Below are positions 39,201 to 51,047 of a stretch of DNA of 64,000 nucleotides, piece after piece. The stretch covers positions 15,996,001 through 16,060,000 of the forward strand of contig NC_134468.1 of the NCBI RefSeq assembly GCF_964194025.1, given 5' to 3'. Source of the DNA: Convolutriloba macropyga (Eukaryota). A model generated the notes under the pieces. It made no database searches. It had not been told where the DNA came from and saw only the letters and a program-made list of their open reading frames with translations. A program made the translations under genes and the position numbers. Within the stretch, counting starts at the first letter, position 1. Every line of letters starts with the position of its first letter.

Positions 39201-39405
39201 TCTATTCTTAAGAAGCAACTTAACTTAATCGAAGCGTAAACAACTATCTAGATACAAACAAGTTTAAACAACAAAAGCTATGGTGCGATACAATCATTTT
39301 CTTCTATCTCCACAATCTAAGATTTGATAAGTATGTTTTTGCTTTTTGAATAAGATTTTAAGTTTTCTATCAGTTAGTTCCACAAGCAGGAAAGGTCAAC
39401 ATCAG

Positions 39406-40993
39406 TTATCGCCTGCCTCCTGGGGCTGGGTTCAGAAATCTGCCACCCGGAGCGGGGTTCAAAATTCGACCCTTGGTTGGTGGTGGGTTGACGTTGACTG
39501 TTGGCCTGGCCGAGTTCACACTGACTGATGATACGGATGGTGAGGAGTTCAAGGTCGGGTTCATAAACAGGGGAGGGTGCTGTTTGTTTTGCTGGGCGTA
39601 AATTGAGTTTGATCCGTTTGCATTTGTGAGTGATCCAACCACTGCGCTTACATTGTTGCTTTGGTGTGGTTGCTGCTGTTGTTGTTGCTGCTGTATTTGT
39701 TGTTGCTGTTGCTGAACTCGCAGAGCGGCCGCCTGGTTAGCAAGAGCTTGCTTTCGTTCTTCCTCTTTTAGCTTCTGGATCACTTCTTTCTCCTGCTGCA
39801 ATGCTTGCTCCACAGCCAACTTCAGCCGGTTGGTGTGCTCCTTTTTCACGGCCTTCTTGTTGTTGTTGACCAAACACTGTTCGCAGATAATTTTTCCAGA
39901 ATCCGAGTCCCGTTTCCAGGCAGTTGTGAAATCTGTCTGGCATTGAGCGCACTGCAAGGGATCTTTTTTCTTGCCGTCTTTCTTCTTATCGTTGCAAGGT
40001 TTCATAAGCGTGTTGACCAAAACATTCTCCACTGTTTCCTCCAGGCCAGTCAAGTAGAGAAACTCGATCGTGGGCCACACCAGGAAATCCAAGTTGGAAG
40101 GGGGTGGTCGCGGAGGAGGTATTTGAAGAAGAGTCTTTTCAAGCTGCTTCTTCAGGGCAAGCTTGGCTGCCTGTTCACGCTTTGCAGCCGCCGCCGGGTC
40201 CACACGTACTGTGGGCTGCTGTTGTTGCGGCTGAGTGGGAGTACTCCTGTTTTGTGCTGTCGAGTTGTTAGTAGTTCCGGGAGTAACCGAAGGAGGGGGT
40301 CCTCGGAAGAGAGCATTGGGCACAACGTTGGGCGGTAATGCAGCTGAGGTAACTTTAGCGGCACTTGCCAAGTTGCTCTGAAGCTGAGACGCAACTGATC
40401 TGGCAGCAGCTTGTTGAGACTGAGGGTTCGTGTTAACAGTCGGAACTTGAGAGTTGGTTGCAGTTGGAATAACAGTAGTTCGTCTCTGGTTAGCGGCTGC
40501 AGCTGCCAACTGTTGTTGGGCAACCGCTGCCTTGATTTGAGTTGATTGCTGGATCTGTTGCAACAATTGCTGCTGCTGTTGAGCAGCAGTGAGCAGGTTC
40601 TGGTTCGCATGATTCTGCAAGTTGTTCACAAGGGCGTTCACACTTTGCACTGAGGGTACTTGGCCCGTAGCGGTGCTTTGGGTTAGACTAGGAGCAGGAG
40701 TGCTGACAGTGGGCACGTTACTCAGGTTTCCAGTTGCAGTGACAGCAGTGCTATTGCCTGTATTGTTGTTCGTGTTTGAGGTAGCAGCGGAATTAGCAAC
40801 AACAGCAGCACTGGCTGTAGTCTGGGGAGCAGGATTCGACGATGGAGCTGGTTTGGGTGTTTGGGAAGCTTTCAACTTCTTTAACAGAAGCAAGTTAGTT
40901 TCTTCCAGCATTAGCATAGCTCTGATTTTAGCAGCTTCCAGTTTTCTCTGTTCACAATCTTCAGGGTTCTTTTCAACATCGGGTTTGAGATCC
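39406..40993 (-). CDS. GATAD2: GATAD2/p66 NuRD subunit, terminal coding exon. Model: 50597-50365, 50072-49932, 49495-49463, 40993-39406; about 664 aa
   Basis: tttag| phase-2 acceptor. CR1 coiled coil LMLEETNLLLLKKLKASQ; CR2 AAKLALKKQLEKTLLQIPPPRPP...EFLYLTGLEETV; GATA-type finger CAQCQTDFTTAW...ICEQC followed by KKEHTNRLK...ALQQEKE. Confidence 0.95.
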
Positions 40994-41133
40994 CTAAACA
41001 AAGTCAAACGGTTAACTTGATAGCTACATTGAATGGTTTGGTTTTACGTGTCGTAAACAATGTTCCTATCAAAATTTGAAGTGGCAACAACTTTTACATT
41101 TGAAAAGCACATTGATAGTTTAAGAAACAAATC

Positions 41134-41892
41134 TCACATTTCACTCAATAGTGTATCTAAATCTTCCAATTCAAAGTTGGAGATATTTTCGTCCGACTCG
41201 AAGTTGCAGATATTTTCATCCAACTCAAAGTTGAAGATATTTTCGTCCAACTCGAAGTTGCAGATATTTTTGTCCAACTCAAAGTTGGAGATGTTTTTGT
41301 CCAACTCGAAGTTGGAGATATTTTCGTCCAACTCGAAGTTGGAGATATTTTCATCCAACTCGAAGTTGGAGATATTTTCGTCCAACTCGAAATTGCAGAT
41401 ATTTTTGTCTAATTCAAAGTTGCTGATATTTTCGTCCAGCTCAAAGTTGCAGATATTTTTGTTCCTGCTAAGTTTTGCTGCGACCATGCTATCAGAATCC
41501 TCTGATTCGGACAAGCTTCTTTTAGTTGCAACATTTGGTTCAAGACGCTCTTGAGCTTCACTTGAGTCTATAACTTCAGGATTACGAGTTCTTATCAACT
41601 TGCACTGAACAGACATGGCCGTCCATCTATAACTCATATCCCAGCCAGCTTTACTCGCCAATTGCTGTATAATATCACTTAGTGAGTTCTCGCCCATAGG
41701 TTGAATAGCAAACCATTTCGTCTTATCATCTATAAGCCTGAGTGCTCGACAATAAAATTTGGTAGCCCGTTTTGGCAACTTTGATATGTACAGTTTGAGA
41801 ATTTCAAACGGACAGTTTTTGCTTTTAGTTGGATGCAGATAGAGTTTCGTATTTCTTCCATTGAATATGAAGTAAGGAGAACCATCGCTTTC
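41134..41892 (-). CDS. Crypton-derived DUF3504 protein, C-terminal half plus acidic repeat tail
   Basis: The frame is open from 41892: ESDGSPYFIF...NCPFEILKLYISKLP...FYCR...WFAIQPMGENSLSDIIQQLASKAG...WTAMSVQ, then repeats and a stop. Confidence 0.78.
   Translation of the reverse strand, partial: ESDGSPYFIFNGRNTKLYLHPTKSKNCPFEILKLYISKLPKRATKFYCRALRLIDDKTKWFAIQPMGENSLSDIIQQLASKAGWDMSYRWTAMSVQCKLIRTRNPEVIDSSEAQERLEPNVATKRSLSESEDSDSMVAAKLSRNKNICNFELDENISNFELDKNICNFELDENISNFELDENISNFELDENISNFELDKNISNFELDKNICNFELDENIFNFELDENICNFESDENISNFELEDLDTLLSEM
41165..41460. repeat. 27-bp coding minisatellite, about 11 copies
   Basis: Unit tccaactcgaagttggagatattttcg, encoding I(S/C)NFELD(E/K)N on minus. Confidence 0.95.
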
Positions 41893-43600
41893 TTAAGTAA
41901 TGCTTCCTTTTCGCACAAAAAATTAAATTTGAAAAATACTTAAATATTTGAGAATATGCAAATTAAATGAAACTTTTTCAAAGCAATCGGCTCCTTTTCT
42001 AACTAAAAGCGCATTGATAATAAAGCCACAAATACTGGCACAATTACATAGATTTCACTTCACTAATTTGGTGAGTTATAATGCAAATACGCCAGATTTT
42101 TTTTTTCAATTTTAAGGCGGAAATTTGTTCCTTAAATATTTAGTATCTTTATAAATTCGCTTAACCCGTGTTCCCGATAAATGCGCTTGGTTTTCATCAC
42201 ATAGCAAAACATACACAGCAGACTGCCGTAAAATAGCTGGATATCGATGACTTCCATTGTGATCAGAATCCATGCTATTGCCACCATTTTAATTAAAAAC
42301 AGACACAAAATTATGAAACAAACAAGCCAAATTAATCACGGTTATTAACTGGGAGATAGAAGGGGTTAGTGCATTACACCTATCAAACATTAATAAAGTA
42401 AGCAAAAGTCTGAGTATAAAGCTTTAAAGAGCTTTATGGGTATTTTTTGAAGTTTCGTTTTTGATTTTAACATTACATTACGTCGACTCGCTGCTCCGAA
42501 TGCTTCAATAAAAGCGTATAAAGTAGAACGAGAGAAAAAATTATCAATTACAATAACTGCTTCAAACTTCGTTCGAGAGCAAATAAGCATAGTAGGTAAT
42601 ATGCCAAAAAATAACAGCGATAGCCTAGAAACAGTAATTAAAAGAATAGAACCTGATTTTTTTCTCTAAAATGTTTCTCTACAACTTGTAATTTCTTAAA
42701 TTCACATGGGACCAGGAAAAAACACGACCTGATAATTTTTCAAAAACACTGTTTTCCTACTACTTGCGATGTCTTTAATTGGTTTAAACTCATGCACTGT
42801 AAAGCTGCTCTCAAACAAATTTCGATTACTTTAAGATATCCACAATTGAGCTCAAGATCTTTAATTATGTTACCAAAATTCAATTCGAGAGAGAACAGGC
42901 CATTTTGTGAACGAGTAAAGTCAAATGCGACAAAAACCATTGACACAAAGGTCATGAAAAAAAAGTCACTCTAACAAGTGAAAAAAAGAATTCACTCACG
43001 CAAATCATTACAAAGGTTGCTTAATGAATTAACAAAAGCCGATTTGAAGTGCGCGTGACCACCCACATATTGGTGAGAAAATAAAATCATGAGAAGACCA
43101 ATAATAGCTCAGCTCAGCCATCACAACACCAAAAAAATGAGTAACCAAGCTTCTACACAGCCGAAAAGTTGCTAAAAACAGCCACCAGTTACCCTACTGA
43201 ATGACGTTGTGATTGATACAGATCAAAAAATTGATATCATGTATTTGTTTGAAGGGCAAACGTTTTCTAATTTATTCCGCAGTTTCATTAGATTAGATAA
43301 ATATACCCCCACCCAGTCTCTGATTATTAGGATGATAAGTTTAACACTAACACCATTAAGCAATTACTCTATTGGCTTTGTGTTTGACTTCGATTGCAAA
43401 TTTTGTTGAACGAATATTAAACTCTATCTTGTTAAAACTGAGTGAGGTACGCAAAAAATCAAACAAGAAAATTATGACACAGACAAGTAAAAGGAAAAAG
43501 AGAATATCGTTAGAAACACGAAGAGCGCCTAAATGACCATTTAAGTACATATCGGAGACTTTAAAACTAAGATATTTTAAAACAAAGCCCCTTTACCGGA

Positions 43601-44101
43601 GGTGAACAGACAAAACAGTCCCAGACAAAACAGTCCCGGACAAAACAGTCCCAAATAGCAAAATATTCCCAGACAAAACAGTCCCAGACAAAATAGTCCC
43701 AAGAAACCAGACAAAACAGTCCCAGACAAAATAGTCCCAAGGCCATTATTATAGCTCTCACACGTATGATTTAACAAGCGGATAATTTAATCCCATGTTC
43801 GGTTGTGATAGTTTCATATCAAGTCCCACGGGCCGCTGAGGCATGGCCATGGCCATTAAGTATGTTAAAACATACGGGTAATAGCGACTGCTAATTTGTT
43901 GTCGGATTATTGAACGAACATTTCAAAGTACATTGGGTATAATGGCATTAGGTACATTTTATTTGGGACTATTTTGTCTGGGACTGTTTTGTCTGGTTTC
44001 TTGGGACTATTTTGTCTGGGACTGTTTTGTCTGGGAATATTTTGCAATTTGGGACTGTTTTGTCTGGGACTGTTTTGTCTGGGACTGTTTTGTCCGGACA
44101 C
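43601..44101. mobile_element. Foldback/Mutator-type MITE with ~140-bp TIRs made of 15-bp subrepeats
   Basis: Left arm (cagacaaaacagtcc)n, right arm (gggactgttttgtct)n; flanked by tttaccgga and gttaccgga (9-bp TSD with 1 mismatch). Confidence 0.88.
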
Positions 44102-44199
44102 GTTACCGGAAACTCCCTTTCCATTTTTAAAGCAAATATGACAACCGCTTTGTAACAAGTGTCTGGAAAATTAAAAGGAGCAAATACAATGGCTATCAT

Positions 44200-44760
44200 T
44201 TTCGTAGTGACATGAAATACGGTACCGGGAACGCACTTGACACGGAAAAAAATCGCCGCTTTAAAACAAATGTTCAATCAATTCAACATTTCAATCCACT
44301 TTTGGCAAAACCAATATTGAGAATATTTTCACTAGATTCTCGCAAATAATTTTCATCTAAAAAAGATAAATGTCAACCAATTCACATGTCCCTCATTTTC
44401 CAGGCTCCTTTATAGTTTCAACCTTCTATAAAACGTGCTGAAACCCATGCCAGCCCGATTTTTTGTTAGGCCAATTTTGGCTGATAAATATTTCAACAGT
44501 ACTTCACTCATAGTTTTTATATTTAATCGATGGTTTTGACCAATGGTTAATATTTTTGGAGGGATTTGAAACGTGGTACCCCTGCAACGCACGTGACACC
44601 TGGAAAAAATGAATACCCGCTTGAAAAAATGTTCAATCAATTCAACATTTCAATCCACTTTTGTTATAACCAATATTAAGAAAGATTCTCGCAAATTTTC
44701 ACTAGATTCTCGCAATTAATTTCCAGCTAAAAAAGAAAAAATGTCAAATAATTCACAAAT
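44200..44760. repeat. Diverged tandem duplication (~360-bp spacing)
   Basis: aatgttcaatcaattcaacatttcaatccacttttg occurs at ~44269 and ~44629, with colinear flanks. Confidence 0.75.
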
Positions 44761-47059
44761 ATCCCCCATTTTACTTGCCCATTTATTGTTTCCACAATCT
44801 TTGAAACGTGATTAATTTCATGACAGCCCAAATTTTTCGGCCAATTTTGGCTGATCAACGTTCCCCAAGGAGAGCTTCGAGAGATATATTGATGCACAGC
44901 TCTCGCAAAAATGAATTTATACTTGAACATTTCAAAGTTTTCATATCGCGAAGACAGATCGAAACCTTGGCGTTCACAACAGTACTTCTCTCATAGTTTT
45001 TTTATATTTAATCTTCAAAAGGTCAAGAAATAGAAGTTTTTGGAGAATTGTGTCCTCAGTTTTCTGACCTTTTGTTGCTTATACAAGGAAACGAGCAATA
45101 CATGAACAAAGTCGCTAGTTCGGGCCCCTGTTTCACGCAAAAACAAATTAAATGCATCAGTTATTCTAATACATGTGGCTGGAGCAGCGACTTGTTATAG
45201 AGCAGAAATAAGCCGTCTTAATCTCGAGGTATCAATAAAACAGCCCAAAGGTTGAACTGTAGATTTTAGGGCCGAAGCAAGGCTCGATTACGTCATATAT
45301 TAACTGAATTAACCAATTTTGGCCCGCAAAAAGGCTAACGTTTCGTTTTTAGCCTTTTTGCCGCCGATGCTAATTTAACTGACTTATGTTAACTGATGTT
45401 GCGTTGAACATCGTATCGACTCGGCATTATCGATTAGAATTGGAAGCCATTTGTTGAATCTAAACTGCTGCCTATAAATTCTCAATTTTTGGACAAACAT
45501 TTCCGGTATTTCGTTTTAAAAGAGTTCATCGTGTTTAACGGTCATAAGGCTCGAATAAGTATAGGCTTGAATCAGTTTGATAAAATTACTAATAGCAAGC
45601 ACTCTACATCTGCATTAATAAAATTGATTAGTTCTCCAACCACGGAGCAAAAAAAATAAAGAAAAACAATTATTTTCTTATCCAATAGTTAAAATAAGCA
45701 AACAAAGTGTATCTAACAGAGAAGAAACAAGATCAAAATAATTCTAGTGTTACCTTTGAGTATTACCTAAGGTATTATTCATCAGGGAAAAATAATTTTA
45801 GCGACATTTCCAATATTCCATAGTTTAAATGTCATCAATCTAAAACAATTTTTTGAGATTTTTTTTGGTCAAAATAGGATTCTCGTTATTTATCAAAAAA
45901 CAAAATTCTCATTTTGAACTGTCGAGGCTTTTAAAATCTAAGCTACATTTGTCAATTTTTCTCTTAAACACTGACAACCATGGAACAAAATCCAGGCAAC
46001 AGATATTTGTTTGAATTGCATTAGCTGTTGATATTAGCTACTTGGGATAAAGACTTGTACATATTTCAGCTAAACAATTGCCAGGTCTTGAGCGTACAAA
46101 AAATAGGAAAGGATTATTTCCAAACATCATCGATTCTGGCGTAATAGACTGAATCATTAACCACTCGGCTTTCAGGGCCTTGTGAATCATCTTACAATCG
46201 GTTTTGTTTTAGAAGCACTTATTTTCTAAGTCACGCAAAAATCAAGAAGTCAAGCAAGAAAAAGTCACTCGAGAAGTGAAATCAAAAGAATGTTCTAGAA
46301 CAAAAACGTTCAAGCAATTTAAAAAAACGTTGGACAAATTGCTCTCGAACGACAGGTGGGGCAATTTAATTCAGGGGCTGTAGCCTAGATAAATGTTTCT
46401 TTATGGGTGCAAAAATATCACAAAAGTAATGGATTCAAACCCCCCGACCTCCGAAAACCTCCTTTAAGAGCTCCCGACCTCCGGAGTCCTCCAATTAAAA
46501 ATTTTGAGCTAGTGCAAACGCAAATTAATAATCCACCTTGTTGGCTTTAAAAAGCTCTCTGAGCTGCATGATTGGCATCGCTGATAATCAAACTTTGGTG
46601 ACTCACTGGTATTTGGGAGCATTGAACGCATTTCCCCCGTTCATATCCGCTATTGTTATTCAACGAAAAGCATCGCTCTATTACATTCTTTTCAGTCCCG
46701 CTGAACCATTGTAACTTAGAGGAGACCTTTTTCAAAGACTTGTCACCTAACTAGGAGACAATTATCAGGTCACAACAACCACTATTGTCTCGCCGAGTTT
46801 TAAAAGTTCAATAAAAGTCTTGCTAATGAATTAAACAAGAAAGAAACAAAGAGCTCTCAAATATCATTAGGCCCAAAAGAAGCAAAAATGGGTCTTTTCA
46901 TAAATGCCGAGATTTCAAATTTTTGACCCCAACCAGCTTAAATTGGAGGCGCACCATAAATTTGAATTCTTTTACTGGCGGAGTATTTTTAAAGGAATTG
47001 ATAACAGCTACCAAAAATTAGTAGAAGTACTTAGCACTATAATGCGAAAAGGGAAGCAG

Positions 47060-47635
47060 TTCCGTTCCAATTAACTTAATTTTGGATTCGGGACCCCATG
47101 CCAAATCATGATGCTCACGACGGTTTCGGACACCAAAATATTTGCACACTATATAAAAGGCAGTTGCCAGCAACTTCGAAGGATCATCAGCTCCCAATAT
47201 ATTCTGAAACCATAAGTACTGCTCCATTTCTTCCGTTATTATTGCTGACTTAATGCCAGGTCTTCGGAAACCTAACCCACTGAGTTCTTTCACTTTATTT
47301 TGCAACACAGATCGAAATGAGGCGAATTCTCGCCCGTAGAAAATACTTAGTTTGGTGTCTTTGCTTTTGATGTGCATTTGCAGTATCTGTGCAATATGAA
47401 GCAACGTTTCGGAAGAGTAAAGCTGGCCCTTTTTGTCTCTCGTTTCTTGAATGAACATCTCCAAGTAAGGCAACATATTGTCTCGACGAGAATCTATCAA
47501 ATCATCCAACGAAATCAGCTCAAATTGATCGTCTAATTCCCGTTTCTTTTTCATCCACGCAAGCCATTGCAGCTTTACCCATTTCACTTTGCTCAGGGAA
47601 TTCTTGGATAGGAATTTTACTCTCAACGAGCTCAT
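47060..47635 (-). CDS. Crypton-derived DUF3504 (ZMYM/QRICH1/KCTD1-like) protein, N-terminal half; gene or pseudogene
   Basis: KNS..KVKW...W.AW, LEMFIQETRDKKGQLYSSETL, ITEEMEQYLW...ILGADDPSKLL, FGVRNRREHHDL, in the motif order of the DUF3504/Crypton recombinase domain. Confidence 0.8.
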
Positions 47636-48514
47636 TTAGTACTCGAGTCAGAATTCAGTGCTTTCAAGAAGTCAGCGTAAATTAAACTCGCTTCCTGAAA
47701 AGTCACTCCTGGTTCCATTCACGCGCCGAAACAAGATTAATGTTGAGTCATCTAGTTCTTCCAATGATGATATAAAAACGTGCAATAAATGAGAAACTAT
47801 TTCAAGAACATGCGTTTTTAATGCGCATCAACTTAATTGTCTAAATGGTTAACTGTCTTGACTGATTGGCTTAAAATAAAAAAGTAGTCCCTAGCAACAC
47901 TGTTCATCATTCTCACCCACCCCACCCCACCCACCCCCCCCCCCTCCCTGAAACACGCGCAAGCATACTCCACCTTAATTGCTGTACTCGCTTTGACGAA
48001 ACTGGGGGATTCAACATTCCTATTACCCAACTGCTATCCTAAAGAATTTTCTTTGTGCTTAAAAATCTATTTTTCTGCTCGCTAATTTGGGTCAAGATTT
48101 TGAATATCTTGGTTTTCATTTCAGGCAACCCAAGTTCAGTCAATTTTTGCACAAATTACAACAATGACCTCAAAGCTTTTCGCCTAGTCTGCAACATTGC
48201 TGCAACAGCGCCATTAGGGTTTCTATGCCGTAAATTTGTCACTGTTCAGCATTGGTTCATTTAATATTCGTCTGATACAGGAAAGGGAAATGTATCAGAC
48301 TAAAAATGTGCACTGTGTTCGTAACAATCCGTGATGCTTTAGTGTGCCATCAATCGAACGACGTGAAATGATTTACCCGTTCAGCAAAATGTGTGAACAA
48401 TGAAGAAATGATAGTTGGCGATGTGCAATATAACACACTGCGAGCTCAATACTTAACGTGACTTCGATAGTGTTTACTTGGCTTTAATTGAAAGCTTTAG
48501 CCGGCAATTTTTTT

Positions 48515-48649
48515 GGATCGATTCTGTCCCCCCCCCCCGTGTTTTTTACGCCCCCCAGTTACAAATTTTTTGCAGTTATATAGCACGTGCGCCTGGGGGC
48601 GTAAAAAATATCAGCCCACTAAGCTGTGGGGGCAAAACAGAATAGATTC
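48515..48649. mobile_element. 135-bp MITE
   Basis: TIR ggatcgattctgt / acagaatagattc; internal inverted repeat ttttttacgccccc / gggggcgtaaaaaa; inserted in a T run. Confidence 0.7.
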
Positions 48650-49462
48650 TTTTTTTTGAGTAACTTAGGCTACCAAATATCATCACATAAAACAGAAATG
48701 GTGCACACCAATAAGCTTAGATTGATCTTTCTTGCAGCCGAAACAAATTTTATAGGATGTAAAAACGGGAACGAGGGGAAACTTGTATTTTAAGTTCAAA
48801 AATTGCAATTTTTAAAAGGTCAGCTTAGAGCTTACAGCCTAGAAATCACTCTATGATGTCCCATGGATCGAATAAACTACCTGACCCTGTTAAAGTTTAT
48901 TTCAAGTCCTGAGTATTCCTACCCGGCATTTAGTTTGTGGTGGATTTTTTTCGGTACCTTTCCCATACTTCCATGGTTAAACTTGGCAGCAGCTCAGCAG
49001 TGAAGAAAAGAGCACATGCTATATTTAAAGTTCAACGAGAGAAAGAGAAAGAGCCAAATCAATATTGTTACATGGTGATATTTTCTCATACGGTTACTGA
49101 CTGCGATGCTATTACTATTCAATCCAACCTCAATGAACAAATTTGGCACAAAACACATTTTATATCTGCTGAAAAATAACTAAGCATGTTTCGGTTTTTC
49201 AAGTGATCGCTCGATTTTTGTGCGCTGATACATTTTCATGTAACTAGACAATAAATTGAGAGACAATATTTTGCACATTCTATATTTATCGTGCTCTATG
49301 GAGGAGTTTTAGTTGTTTAACTGCACAAAAATACTCGAATGCATTTAATTGAGCCAAACAACGCGACTTAGTTTGACTTAATACACAAAACCAATATCTT
49401 TGCGGTTGATACAGTTCCATTCATTGATACAGTTCCAAAATCAAAATGATCTCAATTTCTAC

Positions 49463-49495
49463 CTCTCAAGGACTCTATCTTCCAACTCCTGGTGC
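49463..49495 (-). CDS. GATAD2: GATAD2 candidate 33-nt microexon (HQELEDRVLE)
   Basis: ccatctag| acceptor and AG|gtagaa donor; symmetric phase 2; open frame. Confidence 0.4.
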
Positions 49496-49931
49496 CTAGA
49501 TGGAGATTTTGAGTCTAGAACTGATCATTTTTACCATCTCACTCTTCAGTGACTTACAATTAAGGCATCGATGATGAAAAGGCCCATAAAGAGCATCCAA
49601 AATTCAATTTAATAGATCTGTCTTTGAGAATGAGTAAGGGGGGGCTTTGATCTTGATATTAATATATGACAATACAGATATTTCAAGATGCACATAAAGT
49701 TGTCAAATCTAGTTAAGAATTCATAAGACAGCAATCTGAACAATGAGGCTTCTTGTTTAGAAGAAAACCCAGCAACCAAATAACTTATGTCATGAAGTTT
49801 AATGTCAGACGTGAGAATAAGGGCGCTATTAATTCATATGTCACAATATAGACAAGAATGCAAAGTATTACGCAACACTTGATTACCTATGGAAACGTGT
49901 TACGCAATCAATACAAATAATACACACTAAC

Positions 49932-50072
49932 TCAGCATGCTGGTCTGTGTTGGAATTTTCCACTGATTTTGGACCAGCACCGCCTTCAGCTAGCTTTGAA
50001 TCGGGATCCGCTTTGACGTCACTGTGAGAAAGAACCGATTCATTTGTATTGCAATGTTTCTTGCCAGAAGGT
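49932..50072 (-). CDS. GATAD2: GATAD2 probable coding exon 2
   Basis: tttttag| acceptor, 141 nt open in phase 2-2, donor GA|gttagt. Confidence 0.62.
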
Positions 50073-50364
50073 CTAAAAATTAGAACGTTGCTCAACACAT
50101 TCAAAGTGCAACCTGTATGTTAAGATTTAGATTTAGCAAAACGGCGCACTTTTGTGAACAATACACCTTATTTCGTCATACTAGCTAGCATTTACATACA
50201 ATCTACGCAATTATTAAATATATGTAAATGTATTATTCATCAATGATAGCAATTGATTTGGTTGAAATGACTACCCTACCAAGTATAGGCAATCACGGCT
50301 ATTGCGTCACATAACAAATATTGACAAAACTGATCTCAAGCACGTTTTAATTCATGTTTCATAC

Positions 50365-50597
50365 CTGCACCCATTTTCGGGGGAGTTCTTAGCGTCCTCC
50401 GCAATGTTATCATTGTCAACCACTTGAAGTTTCCGTTTCATTTGTGATGACTTTGCGATCTCTAGACTATTTTCACTAGCTCCGTTCAAGCACTGATCGG
50501 AAGTCGTAGATAGGCCTCCGTTAATCGAAGCACCGTTGGTAACCGCAAGCTTCACTTTTGCCGCAGTGGATTCTCGTTTCTCGCTCAAAACTACCAT
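50365..50597 (-). CDS. GATAD2: GATAD2 probable coding exon 1
   Basis: caaaaATG, 77 codons plus 2 nt, donor AG|gtatga; phase-compatible with the downstream exons. The peptide itself is not diagnostic. Confidence 0.65.
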
Positions 50598-51047
50598 TTT
50601 TGTTCAGATTTTGTTCAGCTCTAGAACCGAACAATGACAAAACGCGTTCAGACAATTTTCTTTGAATAGGGAATTATTGTTGGGTTCTGTTTTTAGAGGT
50701 AGAAGTCAAGCTAACGTTCAGTGTCTTGAATCTTTTCTAATTCGCAGATCACAAAATTGGAAGTCGGTCTCTGAACAAACCCAGGCACTGTTGGGGGCTC
50801 CTGAAACAAGCTTACGAAATAACTCCTCATATCATAGCATATTTCGTATGATATTTCTGTATACGTCAACCAATGCCATTAGGACAAACCCAGCAAATTG
50901 CTGGAAAATAGCAGCGCTTGATTCTTTTGAGCAAAATTGTCATCGAAACAATAGAGCAAAAGAAAAAAACGGTGAAATTTAGGAGCATTTATTTATAATG
51001 ACGCATTAAAAGTGCTTTAAAAGTTGAATTTAAGGAATTTGGCAGAA

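Noticed and set aside
41165-41460. CRISPR-like appearance of the regular repeats
   Set aside because: The units are contiguous with no unique spacers, and the context is eukaryotic.
39737-41554. Overlapping and antisense ORFs over GATAD2 and the minisatellite
   Set aside because: They are shadow frames of a low-complexity exon and of a 27-bp repeat.
43567-44277. ORFs with repeated WDCFV / PDKTV / LGLFC peptides
   Set aside because: They are translations of the 15-bp MITE subrepeats.
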